A stretch of DNA of 64,000 nucleotides from Candidatus Bathyarchaeota archaeon (GTDB lineage: Archaea > Thermoproteota > Bathyarchaeia > Bathyarchaeales > Bathycorpusculaceae): the NCBI GenBank assembly GCA_963832745.1, contig CAWHVC010000002.1, forward strand, positions 128,001-192,000, given 5' to 3'. The position numbers were made by a program, and so were the translations under genes. Positions 50,220 to 60,634 of the stretch are shown piece by piece. The notes beneath the pieces are model-generated. The model saw only the letters and a list, made by a program, of their open reading frames with translations. It searched no databases and was not told where the DNA came from. Every line of letters starts with the position of its first letter. The first letter of the stretch is position 1.

Positions 50220-50897
50220 TTAGACTCGCAAGACTATTTTTTCTGTGTACTTGCCAAGTATGCCTGCGAACTCGTTTATGGTTTCAGGCGCGTATGGATG
50301 TACTGTCTGGAAATGTTTGTCCATAGTGTTTTCTGGTACGAATTGTTGTAGTGCGTGGGTTTTGGCGCCTTTTGTTAATTCGCCGATTTTGTCAGCGTCT
50401 TGCAGGGTTACGAGTTCAGGTACGATGGTGGTGCGGAATTCGTAGGGTACTTTGCCCATTTTGAGCATTTCCAAGCTTTTCATAAGGTTGCTGGTGTCTT
50501 CTGCGCCGAGTTCCTTGTATTTTTCTGGGCAAGTCTTAACATCCAACGCCACGTAATCCACGTAGCCGAGGCATTCCTCAAGCACTTCAGGGTAGAACCC
50601 GTTTGTGTCAAGTTTGACGTAGAAGCCGCGTTCTTTGAGTTTGGCAAGGAATTTAGGCAGTTCCCGGTGCATACAGGGTTCACCACCTGTGACTACTACG
50701 GCGTCAACATATTTTTTGCGACTCTCCAAAATCTCCAACGCGGCGGCTTCCTGTAGAAACGGCGGTTGCGGGTCTGTAGCGATTTTCCAGTTGTGACAAT
50801 ACGGACAGCGAAGGTTGCAGCCGGGGGTAAATAGCACGCTGGCTATCTTATCGGGGTAGTCAAGCAAACTTAATTTTTGTAATCCGCTAAACTTCAT
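50220..50897 (-). CDS. nrdG: Anaerobic ribonucleotide reductase activating enzyme (radical SAM)
   Basis: SLLDYP, GCNLRCPYCHN, TGGEP, KLDTNG; directly downstream of nrdD. Confidence 0.92.
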   Translation of the reverse strand: MKFSGLQKLSLLDYPDKIASVLFTPGCNLRCPYCHNWKIATDPQPPFLQEAAALEILESRKKYVDAVVVTGGEPCMHRELPKFLAKLKERGFYVKLDTNGFYPEVLEECLGYVDYVALDVKTCPEKYKELGAEDTSNLMKSLEMLKMGKVPYEFRTTIVPELVTLQDADKIGELTKGAKTHALQQFVPENTMDKHFQTVHPYAPETINEFAGILGKYTEKIVLRV

Positions 50898-50912
50898 TTT
50901 CCATGTCTCACC

Positions 50913-53039
50913 TTAATGTACTAGGGGATTTGAAGCGATGACTGTTGAGCGGTCAAAGGTTTTGCGTATGGCGAATTCTGCTTGTTTTCCGTTGTTCCAT
51001 TGGTCAACTGGTCGTAGGTAACCGACTACGCGGCTGTATACTTCGCTGGTTGCGCCGCAGACTGGACAATTTTTGTGTTCTCCTGTAGTGTAGCCGTGAG
51101 TTGGACAGATGCTAAAGGTTGGCGTTAAAGTGAAGTATGGCAGTTTAGAGTTCAAAGACACCTTTTTAACCAGTTCAGCTGCCGACTTCCAAGAAGGCAA
51201 ACGTTCACCAAGAAATATGTGAAAGTTAGTGCCTCCAGTGTAAAGCGGTTGAAGCGTTTCTTGATGTTCGAGTGCTTCAAAGAGGTCACCTGCAAAGTCA
51301 ACTGGCAACTGTGAAGAGTTGGTGTAAACTGGTTCAGCATGCTCTTTCTTAATGTGTTTTTGGTTGGCAAATATGATGTCACGGTAACGTTTCTGGTCAA
51401 TGCGGGCTAACCGGTATGCTGTGCCTTCTGCTGGAGTAGCTTCCAAATTATAGATGTCGCCTGTTTCTTCTTGATACTCACTTATGCGTTTACGCATGAA
51501 CATGAGTGTTTTAACCGCAAATGCTTGCCCCTCTTTAGAAGCAATGTCTTGCCCAAGCAAGTTAAGAACCGCCTCGTTTACGCCTACAATGCCAATGGTT
51601 GAGAAGTGATTCTTCCAGTATTTACCAAACGCCTCCTTTACATGGCGCAGGTAACGTTTCGAGTATGGATATAACCCGTTGTCAGTGAAGCCTTCAAGCA
51701 CTTTACGTTTAATTTCCAAACTTGATTTAGCCACATCCATCAAGTTGCCTATCCTTTCAAAGAATTCATCTTCATCTCTGGACAAATAGCCAACTCTTGG
51801 AATGTTTAAGGTAACTACACCTATGCTGCCTGTTAATGGGTTAGCACCGAAGAATCCGCCTCCACGTTTACGCAGTTCACGGTTATCAATGCGTAACCTG
51901 CAGCACATGCTACGAACATCTTCAGGGTTCAAATCGCTGTTTATGAAGTTGCTAAAGTTAGGCACACCATATTTGGCTGTGACTTCAAATATTGCCTGTG
52001 AAACTGGTGAATCCCACTCGAAGTCTTTGGTGATGTTATAGGTTGGAATTGGGAAAGTGAACACTCGACCTTTTGAATCACCTTGAGCCATAACTTTAGC
52101 AAAGGCAAGATTGAACATCTCCATTTCTTTGGTCATATCACCGAAAGTGTCCTGAGTAACTTTGCCATTGTAAATTACTGGCTCATTCTTCATGAAGCTT
52201 GGAACAGTCAAGTCCAAAGTCAAGTTAGTGAATGGAGTTTGGAAACCGACACGTGTGGGCACGTTCATGTTGAAGAAGAATTCCTGAAGCGCCTGCTCAA
52301 CATCTTTGGTGGTTAAATGGTCATACCGGATAAACGGTGCAAGGTACGTATCAAAATTACTGAACGCTTGTGCACCTGCAGCTTCACCTTGCAATGTGTA
52401 GAAGAAGTTCACAACTTGACCAAGGGCTGTTCGAAAGTGTTTTGCTGGTTTGCTTTCAATTTTTCCTGCAACACCGCCAAAACCTGAAAGCAGTAGGTCG
52501 CTTACATCCCAACCGACACAGTACGGTCCAAGAACACCAAGGTCATGAATGTGAAGGTCGCCTGAAAAGTGGGATTCAGCGATTTTAGATGGGTAAATAC
52601 GGCTTATCCAATACTTTGCGATTACTGTGGATGAAAGATAATTGTTCAACCCTTGCAGTGAGTAGCTCATGTTGCTGTTTTCTTTAACTCGCCAATCTTC
52701 AACCTCAAGGTACTGGTCAACAAGGTCAGCACTGCTTAAGAGTGCGGCAAGTTCACGCATGTCATTATGCTGTTTACGGTACAAGATGTAGGCTTTAGCG
52801 GTTGAGGCGTGACCATTTTCGATTAACTGCTTTTCAACCCGGTCCTGGACTTCTTCAACGGTAGGAACACCGTCGTCGCCATATTGCTTGTTTAATGCAG
52901 CTACTACTTCATCACAGATGCGTTTAGCCTGCGCTTTATCTTTTCCGCCAACAGCCTTGGCAGCTTTCCAAATGGCTTGTGTAATACGATCTGGGTCAAA
53001 GGGTTCTAATTTACTATCACGTTTTAGTACAAACTTCAT
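50913..53039 (-). CDS. nrdD: Class III anaerobic ribonucleoside-triphosphate reductase with ATP cone
   Basis: ATP cone, HIHDL, SMCCRL, EATPAEG, YSRVVGYLRP glycyl-radical motif. Confidence 0.96.
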   Translation of the reverse strand: MKFVLKRDSKLEPFDPDRITQAIWKAAKAVGGKDKAQAKRICDEVVAALNKQYGDDGVPTVEEVQDRVEKQLIENGHASTAKAYILYRKQHNDMRELAALLSSADLVDQYLEVEDWRVKENSNMSYSLQGLNNYLSSTVIAKYWISRIYPSKIAESHFSGDLHIHDLGVLGPYCVGWDVSDLLLSGFGGVAGKIESKPAKHFRTALGQVVNFFYTLQGEAAGAQAFSNFDTYLAPFIRYDHLTTKDVEQALQEFFFNMNVPTRVGFQTPFTNLTLDLTVPSFMKNEPVIYNGKVTQDTFGDMTKEMEMFNLAFAKVMAQGDSKGRVFTFPIPTYNITKDFEWDSPVSQAIFEVTAKYGVPNFSNFINSDLNPEDVRSMCCRLRIDNRELRKRGGGFFGANPLTGSIGVVTLNIPRVGYLSRDEDEFFERIGNLMDVAKSSLEIKRKVLEGFTDNGLYPYSKRYLRHVKEAFGKYWKNHFSTIGIVGVNEAVLNLLGQDIASKEGQAFAVKTLMFMRKRISEYQEETGDIYNLEATPAEGTAYRLARIDQKRYRDIIFANQKHIKKEHAEPVYTNSSQLPVDFAGDLFEALEHQETLQPLYTGGTNFHIFLGERLPSWKSAAELVKKVSLNSKLPYFTLTPTFSICPTHGYTTGEHKNCPVCGATSEVYSRVVGYLRPVDQWNNGKQAEFAIRKTFDRSTVIASNPLVH

Positions 53040-53494
53040 TGTTTCTTCACTTCCATAAGTAATCGCCCGAAGTCTTCGGGTTCTTCAAACTTTTTGTAAA
53101 CAGAAGCAAACCGGATGTAGGCGATGCGGTCCACGTTTTTGAGGTATTTCATGATTAAATCGCCGATTTCTTGTGACGAAACTTCCTCAACGCCTTTCGC
53201 CATCAGGTCTTGCCGTACATGTCCTGCTAACTCATTGATTTGAGTCATTGTTACTGGCCGTTTTTCACACGCTTTTTGCATGCCGCGGATTATTTTGTTG
53301 ACGTCAAAACGTTCAAGTTTGCCGTCTTTTTTGCGTACCATCAACTCTATTGTTTCAACATACTCGTAGGTTGTGAATCGTTTGCCGCAGTTAATGCATT
53401 CTTTTCGTCGGCGTGTAGTGTTGTCTGGGGAATCGCGTGTTTCTAGGGTTTTGAAGTTTTCAGAGCCACAGTAAGGACATTTCATAAATTTCAC
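53036..53494 (-). CDS. nrdR: Transcriptional repressor NrdR
   Basis: MKCPYC..ETR..RRRKECINCGKRFTTYE, ATP cone, AYIRFASVY. Confidence 0.95.
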   Translation of the reverse strand: MKFMKCPYCGSENFKTLETRDSPDNTTRRRKECINCGKRFTTYEYVETIELMVRKKDGKLERFDVNKIIRGMQKACEKRPVTMTQINELAGHVRQDLMAKGVEEVSSQEIGDLIMKYLKNVDRIAYIRFASVYKKFEEPEDFGRLLMEVKKQ

Positions 53495-53560
53495 ACAGGT
53501 ATAGTGCCGACAAGCTTACACGATACACTACAGTTAGCGCGTATTTAAGGTCTTTTCACA
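53492..53560 (-). promoter_or_regulatory. Tandem NrdR-box-like sites downstream of an archaeal BRE/TATA
   Basis: CACACAGGTATAGTGC (53492-53507) and ACACTACAGTTAGCGC (53524-53539), 32 bp apart; minus-strand GAAAAGACC-TTAAATA at ~53542-53557. Confidence 0.6.
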
Positions 53561-53714
53561 TCAAACATGAAAATAAATCCATATTTAGAAAACAGGTTCC
53601 GTGAAAAATACACAAGTTCACAGAAAACAAAAAACCAAAAAAGGGCTTGTTTCAGCCAAAAAACCCTATATACCCAAAAAGGTTGAGCGCTTAAAATTTA
53701 GGGTAAAAACTACT

Positions 53715-53933
53715 TTAACTTTCCTTTACAGGTCTAACAATTAAATAGCCCTTATCGATTAGCCAGTGATGAAACTGATAAGTAGTGAATAAACAGCCTG
53801 AACCGCATTTCTTTCGAATTTTCTCGTATTCCTCGGAGCCTTCTTTTTGCTTATTTAACTTCACCTGCACGGGGCATTTAATGTCGTTGCAGTATTCTCG
53901 GCGTTTATACTCAACAAAACCTTCCAACGTCAT
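53715..53933 (-). CDS. Small Cys/His-rich hypothetical protein
   Basis: EYCNDIKCPVQ...CGSGCLFTTYQFHHWL. Confidence 0.75.
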   Translation of the reverse strand: MTLEGFVEYKRREYCNDIKCPVQVKLNKQKEGSEEYEKIRKKCGSGCLFTTYQFHHWLIDKGYLIVRPVKES

Positions 53934-54161
53934 ATTACATCGCTTGGGCTAATCATCAACTCGAAATATAAGGCTTATTTGATTTCATTTGCCTTTTGAT
54001 TAGCTTCTTTTTTGAACGTTTGCTAAGTGTATAGCTCCAAACCCTGAAGCAGTCTATATCAGTAATTTTTAGGAAAAACAAATTAGGGTAACCTTTTTGA
54101 TTTTAATTGTAAACAGTGCGGGTTTAGCAAAGGAGAACACTTTTGCAACGTTGAGGTTTGA

Positions 54162-55235
54162 ATGGAAATGAAAACCGCCAGTAAAATCGTCATCATTGTT
54201 GCATTAATCGGGTTATTTGTTGTTGTAGCGATAAACCTGCCTCTTGGATATTACACTACAGAAGCAAATGACGATACAGAAGAATCCAAAGAATTTACTG
54301 CAAACGAGAAAACAACCAAGTTTTTATCAAGTGTTGTCGAGCTTGACCTTACAAAATACAATTCGTCATCGCCTTCAGCTTTGTCAGGCTCACCAAATAG
54401 CTATCGATATCCACCCGAATTTTGCGGTGCCGTGAAAGAGGAATGTCGCTACTACAAGTATGAGACCGACGAAAGCAAGATTGACACAATGAGTATCTTC
54501 TACAACGAGCAACTGGTACTTTTCAAAATTGAAGCATCACGTGGCAACTATATTTACTCTGAGACACCAGTAACTGATCTTTTCAACCAAGCAAAAAACA
54601 TACTGCAACGATACCAAGCATACGCTGATGACGTGTACCCCACAGATACCTCTTATCTTGAGCCAATGCAAAATGTTCTAAACACCGCTAATGACTTATC
54701 ACCTACGAACGTTACTATTGGGAACATAAATTTTCAGGTCTCGAAAAACGGCGCCAAAACAATCATCCAATGGATATATACTGAAAACGACGTTTCTATG
54801 AATTGGAAAAGACTAGAATTAGTTTTCCGCAATAACGCTTTCGAGTCAATGATAGACAACTGGCCCATCTACAATGTCAGCGGCCCAAGCGTAATTAATT
54901 CTGAGGAAGCATATCAACTAGCGTTGGATACTGCTCAGAACTGCGAGTTTCGCATAATTAACCTGTACAGGAACGAGACGGTTAAGTTGCCTGACCTGTC
55001 AGATTCAGTTTACCAACTATACTTTACCATGGTACCTTACCGCAACGAAACCCTTCACAATCCAAGCAAATTATCCCGAGACCCCTTGACATTGTATCCG
55101 TATTGGCAGTTTGACTTCTATTTCAAAGAAGGCGAAATCGGGGGCTACTCTGGCATACAAGTTGGTATCTGGGGAGACACAAAAGAAATCGTGTACTGCA
55201 ACGGCTTTGGCTATCTTGGCACTCCAGGAACATAG
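54162..55235 (+). CDS. Membrane-anchored/secreted hypothetical protein
   Basis: N-terminal TM; C-terminal LYPYWQFDFYF..GIQVGIWGDT. Confidence 0.75.
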   Translation: MEMKTASKIVIIVALIGLFVVVAINLPLGYYTTEANDDTEESKEFTANEKTTKFLSSVVELDLTKYNSSSPSALSGSPNSYRYPPEFCGAVKEECRYYKYETDESKIDTMSIFYNEQLVLFKIEASRGNYIYSETPVTDLFNQAKNILQRYQAYADDVYPTDTSYLEPMQNVLNTANDLSPTNVTIGNINFQVSKNGAKTIIQWIYTENDVSMNWKRLELVFRNNAFESMIDNWPIYNVSGPSVINSEEAYQLALDTAQNCEFRIINLYRNETVKLPDLSDSVYQLYFTMVPYRNETLHNPSKLSRDPLTLYPYWQFDFYFKEGEIGGYSGIQVGIWGDTKEIVYCNGFGYLGTPGT

Positions 55236-55252
55236 CAAATTTGATGTTACTC

Positions 55253-56098
55253 CTACTGCTTGGTTTTGCCCTGCCTTTTAGAGCGTTTACTTAGTATATA
55301 TGCGATTGTTGGTGCGCTTGCAATGAAAATGGTGATTCTTAGAATTTCAAACAGCCATGGAATGCTTTCAGTTTCATTTCCCCTCAAAATACCTGAGGTA
55401 AAATTATGAAGTTGATAAAAATTCAAAATTGAAAGCAATGAAATACCTATAGTGAACGCTATGGCATGGGTGATGCTGTCTTTGATGGTTTTTGCATAGT
55501 AATGCCTATCGTATAGGGTGAATAGGAAAACTCCCAACAGCATTATGGCAAGTGTAGCAAAAAAGAAGCCCATCAAATCTATAGTTGAGAAACTTTTGCT
55601 AAGCACTATGTTGGTGTACCATATACTTTGATTTAGTGAAAGATCCAAAAGCAGTGGTGCTGCCCATGTTAATCCAGCAATCAAAAGGAATAGCACACTT
55701 TTCTTAATCGATAACCCAATGAAGCGTTCAATTTCCTGATGAACAACCGTGCTAGTGTGTTCCCGTTCATGGTCAGCTTTTTGCAAAAGCGTGATTCCTG
55801 CTCTGCCGACTTCTGAAAGTTGGTATTTGCCGCGTTTTGATTGCTCAACCAGTGAGGAGAGTCCTTTTAAGTGGTAGCTCATTAAACCGGTGTCGGTGAT
55901 ACCAGTTTCTTGTTGAATGTCAGTAAATGAGGCTTCTACTTTGTTATCAATGAACAGCAGAATCTGGCGCCTTACGGGATGCTTTAAGGCTGTAAAGATT
56001 TCGTCATACCGGTTTTCTTCTGTCAAAGTTACACCTAACCCGTTTGAAGGGCGAGGAAGAGGCTTAAAGATTTTCGTGAATAAAAACTGGAAAGACAA
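55253..56098 (-). CDS. ArsR-like winged-helix regulator with C-terminal membrane domain
   Basis: IFTALKHPVRRQIL..SFTDI..TGLMSYHL..GKYQLS; 4 TM helices. Confidence 0.8.
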   Translation of the reverse strand: MSFQFLFTKIFKPLPRPSNGLGVTLTEENRYDEIFTALKHPVRRQILLFIDNKVEASFTDIQQETGITDTGLMSYHLKGLSSLVEQSKRGKYQLSEVGRAGITLLQKADHEREHTSTVVHQEIERFIGLSIKKSVLFLLIAGLTWAAPLLLDLSLNQSIWYTNIVLSKSFSTIDLMGFFFATLAIMLLGVFLFTLYDRHYYAKTIKDSITHAIAFTIGISLLSILNFYQLHNFTSGILRGNETESIPWLFEILRITIFIASAPTIAYILSKRSKRQGKTKQ

Positions 56099-56213
56099 AA
56101 AGTGCTGTCCTTATACAGTCACATATTTAGAAAAATGAGTCCCGAAATATTTACTCATGGCAATTAGTTAACGGATTTCAAGTTAACAAAACAAGTCACC
56201 TGCAGGTGGAAAA

Positions 56214-56615
56214 TTGCAAGAAGAAACACCTAAACAAGAAGATTCTGGACAGCTTATCAGCGGTTTGTATAAACAGATGAGGAAAATTTTGGATTCTACA
56301 GGGCAACCAGTCTTCATCTATTTAGCTGATGATCAAAAAGTGTGTAATCAGCGGTTTGCTGACTTTTTAGGATATGCTTCGCCGCAGGATTGGTCTAAAA
56401 CTCCGGGTTTTCTTGAAACTTTTGTTGATGATGAAATAAGCCGAAACGCCTTTATGACTGCTTATTGGCGTGCAGTAAATGACATGGACGCCTCCTCTGT
56501 AGCGATAAATTGGCGAAAAAAGGATGGTACCAAAGTGCGGTCAACAATGGTTATTCTGCCAATGACTTATGAAGGGCACATTTTATCTGTTCACTTCATA
56601 ATCAGTACACAATAA
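56214..56615 (+). CDS. Stand-alone PAS-like domain protein
   Basis: ILDSTGQPVFIY..CNQRFADFLGY..WRKKDG. Confidence 0.65.
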   Translation: MQEETPKQEDSGQLISGLYKQMRKILDSTGQPVFIYLADDQKVCNQRFADFLGYASPQDWSKTPGFLETFVDDEISRNAFMTAYWRAVNDMDASSVAINWRKKDGTKVRSTMVILPMTYEGHILSVHFIISTQ

Positions 56616-56712
56616 ATAATCGATTGAGCGCTTTATTTTCAAAAATAACGTTTCTTTTATGCGAGAACTAGTACAATTGCTTACAAATACTGTTAAAAAC
56701 CAGAAATACTAA

Positions 56713-57426
56713 ATGAAGTATGGTGGGCTGTTCCTGTTGAAGTTCAAACAAGCAACAATTGCTTTAGTACTGATTCTGATTCTTGGCGGCTGCTTTGCGG
56801 CATCGTTGTATCAACAAAAAACCTTTAAATCAACACTCTCACTTCACGGAAGTAATCTAGAAATTTCAAGTTTCAGTAGCCTGCAATTCATAACAATAGA
56901 TAAAACGACTCTCATTGCTTTACCAACAGGCTTTGACGTTTATACTCCTGCGATACAACAGCCTTCGCCGACCAATTCAACCCGTATGCAGATTTATGAG
57001 TACATAAACGCAAACCCCGGCGTGCAGTTTCGGGCTGTCTGTGCAGGCTTAACTATACCTGTAGGTTTAGCACAGTACCACTTAGGCATACTTGTTAAGT
57101 CTGGACTTGTATCTTTTGTTCGTGACGGTAAATACAAGCGGTTCTTTGTATCAAAAAAGTTTTCCAAAAAACAGATTGCTGCAATAGCTTTGCTACGGCA
57201 CAAAACAGCTAAACGAATCTTTGAAGTCCTGCTTAACAAGAAGCAATTGTCTCACGGCAAACTCGCTGATGAACTTTGCATTTCGTCACAAGCCTTAACA
57301 TGGCAGATGAAGTCTCTGAAAAGCACAAAGTTCGTACTGCAAGTTAATGATGGCTTAAAGACCGTTTATTCCATCGACACGTCCTCACAAATGCTGCTGG
57401 AAACATCTTTAGCCATAATAAACTAA
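56713..57426 (+). CDS. Double winged-helix regulator with N-terminal hydrophobic segment
   Basis: NSTRMQIYEYINANPG..AQYHL; second HTH SHGKLADELCISSQALTWQM. Confidence 0.8.
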   Translation: MKYGGLFLLKFKQATIALVLILILGGCFAASLYQQKTFKSTLSLHGSNLEISSFSSLQFITIDKTTLIALPTGFDVYTPAIQQPSPTNSTRMQIYEYINANPGVQFRAVCAGLTIPVGLAQYHLGILVKSGLVSFVRDGKYKRFFVSKKFSKKQIAAIALLRHKTAKRIFEVLLNKKQLSHGKLADELCISSQALTWQMKSLKSTKFVLQVNDGLKTVYSIDTSSQMLLETSLAIIN

Positions 57427-57471
57427 CCTTTTTTGAGTCTACTTTTTTAATTCCAAGCCGTAAATTATTGT

Positions 57472-58113
57472 ATGCGTAAGGTGTATCTTTTAGGCGGAGA
57501 AAGCATCAAAAAACGTGATGGTGAAGCGGTTAACGAGCAAGCTTTTAGTGAAGCCGGAGGTTCGCCTGATGTTTTGGTGTTTTCGTGGGCAAGGGCAAGT
57601 TTTGACCGTCTTTATCAACGGCAAAAACTGGTCTACAATTACTTACGGTACTTAGGCGCTAGCAACGTAACTATCGTTGACTATTCAACCCCTTTTGAGG
57701 AGCTTAAGGAAAAAATTGGTCAAACTGACCTTATTTACTTGACTGGTGGTAGCCCAAGCATTTTGGTTGAACGATTCAGAAACGTGGGTGTTGATGCTTT
57801 GCTGGAAGGTTTTGAGGGCGTGGTTGTTGGACGAAGTGCTGGTGCGTTGGCTCTATGCAAAAAGTGTCTTGTAACTATAAGATCTACTAAACAGGTTAAA
57901 ATGGTCGATGGCTTAGGCTTGATTGACGTAACCATGAAGGCGCATTACACCAGCAAAAAAGATAAGCAGCTAAAAGCGCTTTCCATGGGCGGACGAATTT
58001 TTGCTGTTCCACTAGGGTCAGCACTAGTTTATGATAAGGGGTCTTTATCTAGTATTAATCCCGTGTATTTATTTGAAAATGGCGAACGCCAAAAAATGAG
58101 TTGTTTACCTTAA
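57472..58113 (+). CDS. Peptidase S51 (peptidase E/cyanophycinase-like)
   Basis: IYLTGGS, GRSAGA nucleophile elbow, AHY. Confidence 0.85.
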   Translation: MRKVYLLGGESIKKRDGEAVNEQAFSEAGGSPDVLVFSWARASFDRLYQRQKLVYNYLRYLGASNVTIVDYSTPFEELKEKIGQTDLIYLTGGSPSILVERFRNVGVDALLEGFEGVVVGRSAGALALCKKCLVTIRSTKQVKMVDGLGLIDVTMKAHYTSKKDKQLKALSMGGRIFAVPLGSALVYDKGSLSSINPVYLFENGERQKMSCLP

Positions 58114-58127
58114 ATTAGCGGCAAGGT

Positions 58128-58886
58128 CTAACTGAAGTATCTTTTAACATAAAGATGCGCTTTAACAATGTACGGCGTCAAAGCAACTGTAAGCATTGTT
58201 CCCAATGTAGCAAGCACAATAATGTCGCCAAAAACCCAGCCAAAGAAAACCGTTGAAAACGCTTCAACTGGAACACTGCCAAACAAGACTAAGGCGCCAA
58301 CACCAAACAATCCCGACATAATGCTTGCAACAAAAACGCCAATCGCCAGCCAAGTAAACCATGACTTGTGCTTCTCAAAAATGGCTTGAACAACAAGAAG
58401 GCCAATTGCCACCATGAATGTTCCGATAAATAGTGCTCGAACAGAATTCGTTAATGCCCAGGCTGAAACAATCAGGTTAATTATGAGCAACGCGTTTATG
58501 CTGTACGTAATTTTTGGACGGTTTAATTTTATGGATGGTTTGCTTTTTAGTGACCTGAAAACAAGCAGGGGAATAAAGCCTTCAAAAAAGTCAGCTAAAG
58601 CCCAAACAAGCACAAAATCCAGTGAATAACCCACAAACAGGCCCATGAAAACGCAACTCAGGTACCCTGCAAGGCAGCCCCAAATCCCAAACCACAATGC
58701 TAATGGAACGTAAATGGCTGCAGCGATGTAAAGGCCTGAAACGCCTGAAACGGGTCCGCCTTCTGTTGGGGCTTGAATAACAGCCCATATGGCTAAAATG
58801 GTGCAGATTACAGTTGCAATGGCGAAGACTGCTGGTTGTTTCCAGGTTACGCCTTTTTTGTTGAGGGTTTGCTCGGTTGTCTGCAT
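58128..58886 (-). CDS. Polytopic membrane protein of unknown function
   Basis: ~7-8 hydrophobic segments; GLYIAAAIYVPLALWFG, GWVFGD. Confidence 0.75.
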   Translation of the reverse strand: MQTTEQTLNKKGVTWKQPAVFAIATVICTILAIWAVIQAPTEGGPVSGVSGLYIAAAIYVPLALWFGIWGCLAGYLSCVFMGLFVGYSLDFVLVWALADFFEGFIPLLVFRSLKSKPSIKLNRPKITYSINALLIINLIVSAWALTNSVRALFIGTFMVAIGLLVVQAIFEKHKSWFTWLAIGVFVASIMSGLFGVGALVLFGSVPVEAFSTVFFGWVFGDIIVLATLGTMLTVALTPYIVKAHLYVKRYFS

Positions 58887-59236
58887 GAAACGGGATTGGT
58901 CTTTTTTGCATATAAACCTTGGCTGCCGTTTGTTTCTTAAAGTATCTGTGGACAAAAGGGTCATTTGTTCAAAAAACTCGTTTTAACCTTGATAGTTTTA
59001 TGTTTCGCTATAAGTTAATCTGGGCGATTTTGAAACTGATTTTCCATTTTTAACATAAATGACTAAAAAATGTTGTTTCAATCATAAGCCAGTTTAATTT
59101 GATGTGTATAATTGCATCGTTTGTTTACCTGGTTAATGGTATTTCCTTATAAATGAACTGTTGCGCATGTAATCACAAGTATTATGAAATTATATAACTT
59201 AGTCCACCTTTAATGTATTTTTTATAGGGGAATGCA

Positions 59237-59389
59237 ATGGCGAAAACGGCTGTAATAGAAATAACCTTGGTTAAGGAATCTGCCGATATTTTGAATGTGA
59301 ATCTCGAAAAAGAACTTTATGAGTATCTTGACAAGAGCCCCTTAAGGCTTCCTTGGCAAGATGAAGTTAAAAAAATCGAAATAAAATAA
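59237..59389 (+). CDS. Small conserved hypothetical protein (paralog of 47955..48134); absent from the ORF track
   Basis: MAKTAVIEITLVKESADILNVNLEKELYEYLDKSPLRLPWQDEVKKIEIK; AGGGGA upstream. Confidence 0.7.
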   Translation: MAKTAVIEITLVKESADILNVNLEKELYEYLDKSPLRLPWQDEVKKIEIK

Positions 59390-59431
59390 TTTTTTCAAAA
59401 ACTTTCCTTTTTCCAAAGTAATCGTTTAACT

Positions 59432-59776
59432 TTATAACGGTTTTAGTATGTTCGCCAAGAAACCTTCAATTTGATGGTTATCTTTTAGAATTATGTCGAT
59501 TGTTGCATTGCCTTTCTCTGTAAGTTTATATGTTCTTCTTCTTTCCTCGCCGGAACCTTCTATGAGTTGTTTGCGTTCTAGCGCATAAAGCAAAGAGTAA
59601 ACTGTCCCAGCGCTGATAAGCATATTAAAGCGTTTGTTAATAAAAGCGATAAAATCATAGCCGCTTAATGATTCAGTCTTCAATTTTGCCATAACGACGA
59701 TGTCTAAAAAGCCTTTGATCACTCGTTCGTTCAATTCGTCCAGAATTTTAGATTCAGAAATATTGTTTGCTGACAT
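59432..59776 (-). CDS. PadR-family transcriptional regulator
   Basis: LSGYDF..ISAGTVYSLLYALERKQLI..YKLTEKG. Confidence 0.88.
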   Translation of the reverse strand: MSANNISESKILDELNERVIKGFLDIVVMAKLKTESLSGYDFIAFINKRFNMLISAGTVYSLLYALERKQLIEGSGEERRRTYKLTEKGNATIDIILKDNHQIEGFLANILKPL

Positions 59777-60069
59777 AAAATTTGCTCCATTGTCCCTTTC
59801 TTTGTATTCATAGTTTGAACGCGAATAGTATTCTGGATAGCACTGTCTGCGCCTTTGATTTAAAGATTACTTGCTGATGGGATTATTGTGAAAGTCGAAA
59901 TATTGTCCTAAATGTTAAGAAACAATAAGTTATATTTCAAATAACATAAAAACATAAAAGCTAAAAGCAAAAAAATGCTCAAATTCTGAACTTTAAAACC
60001 AAAATATTTCTGAATTCTATTCAACAAAAAACGACGACAAATAGTTTTATGCCAAGTTAAAAGTAAAGT

Positions 60070-60389
60070 AGCGATGGACCGCTGCAGTTTGACGCCCAGA
60101 CTCCGCTTGAAACTTCCGAACCCTACACTCATACCCGTGCCCCCTTGAGCGCATAACGTCCAAACTTAGGTTGCTCTCTCCCGAGCCTAGCCGGGTTCGC
60201 CTGGTAGACAATGAAACAGCTCCCCTACGGAAGCTACCCATTGACCGCCAGCCCCAAAGGACGGATAATCAACGTTTCGGAAAGGGAAACTCAAGCGGCC
60301 TTTGACGCCTCATCCGCAGATGTCAGCCCGTCATGTAGAGGATTTACGGAGATAATGGACCCCTGACCCACCGCCTAAGATCCATCGCC
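60070..60389 (-). ncRNA. ffs: Archaeal signal recognition particle RNA (7S)
   Basis: Terminal pairing GGCGATGGA/TCCATCGCT; helix 6 AGCTTCC-GTAG-GGGAGCT; helix 8 TAGG-CTC-GGGA-GAG-AGCA; ~320 nt. Confidence 0.88.
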
Positions 60390-60634
60390 ACTATATCATT
60401 TTTGGTCTATAGTATAAAAGTTTGGTTGGTTCCTTGCTCGATTTCTTATGGCTGGTTTTGTGCAATGTTTTTGGCTGCCTTTTGGATATATTTAGTGTGT
60501 GTTTGTGTGTGCATTTGGTTACAACAAATGTTTTTATGAGCTTTTAGTTTTCGTTAATGTGTACGCTTTTTTAGGAATGATATAATATGCAAACATGCGA
60601 TATTTTGAAGTTAAATAGGATAAAAGGGAAAAAT

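Noticed and set aside
60070-60389. RNase P RNA, or the ORFs 60047..60241 and 59908..60132
   Set aside because: No GAGGAAAGTCC/ACAGAA P4 motifs; helix 6/helix 8 signatures and terminal pairing fit SRP RNA, so the overlapping ORFs are spurious.
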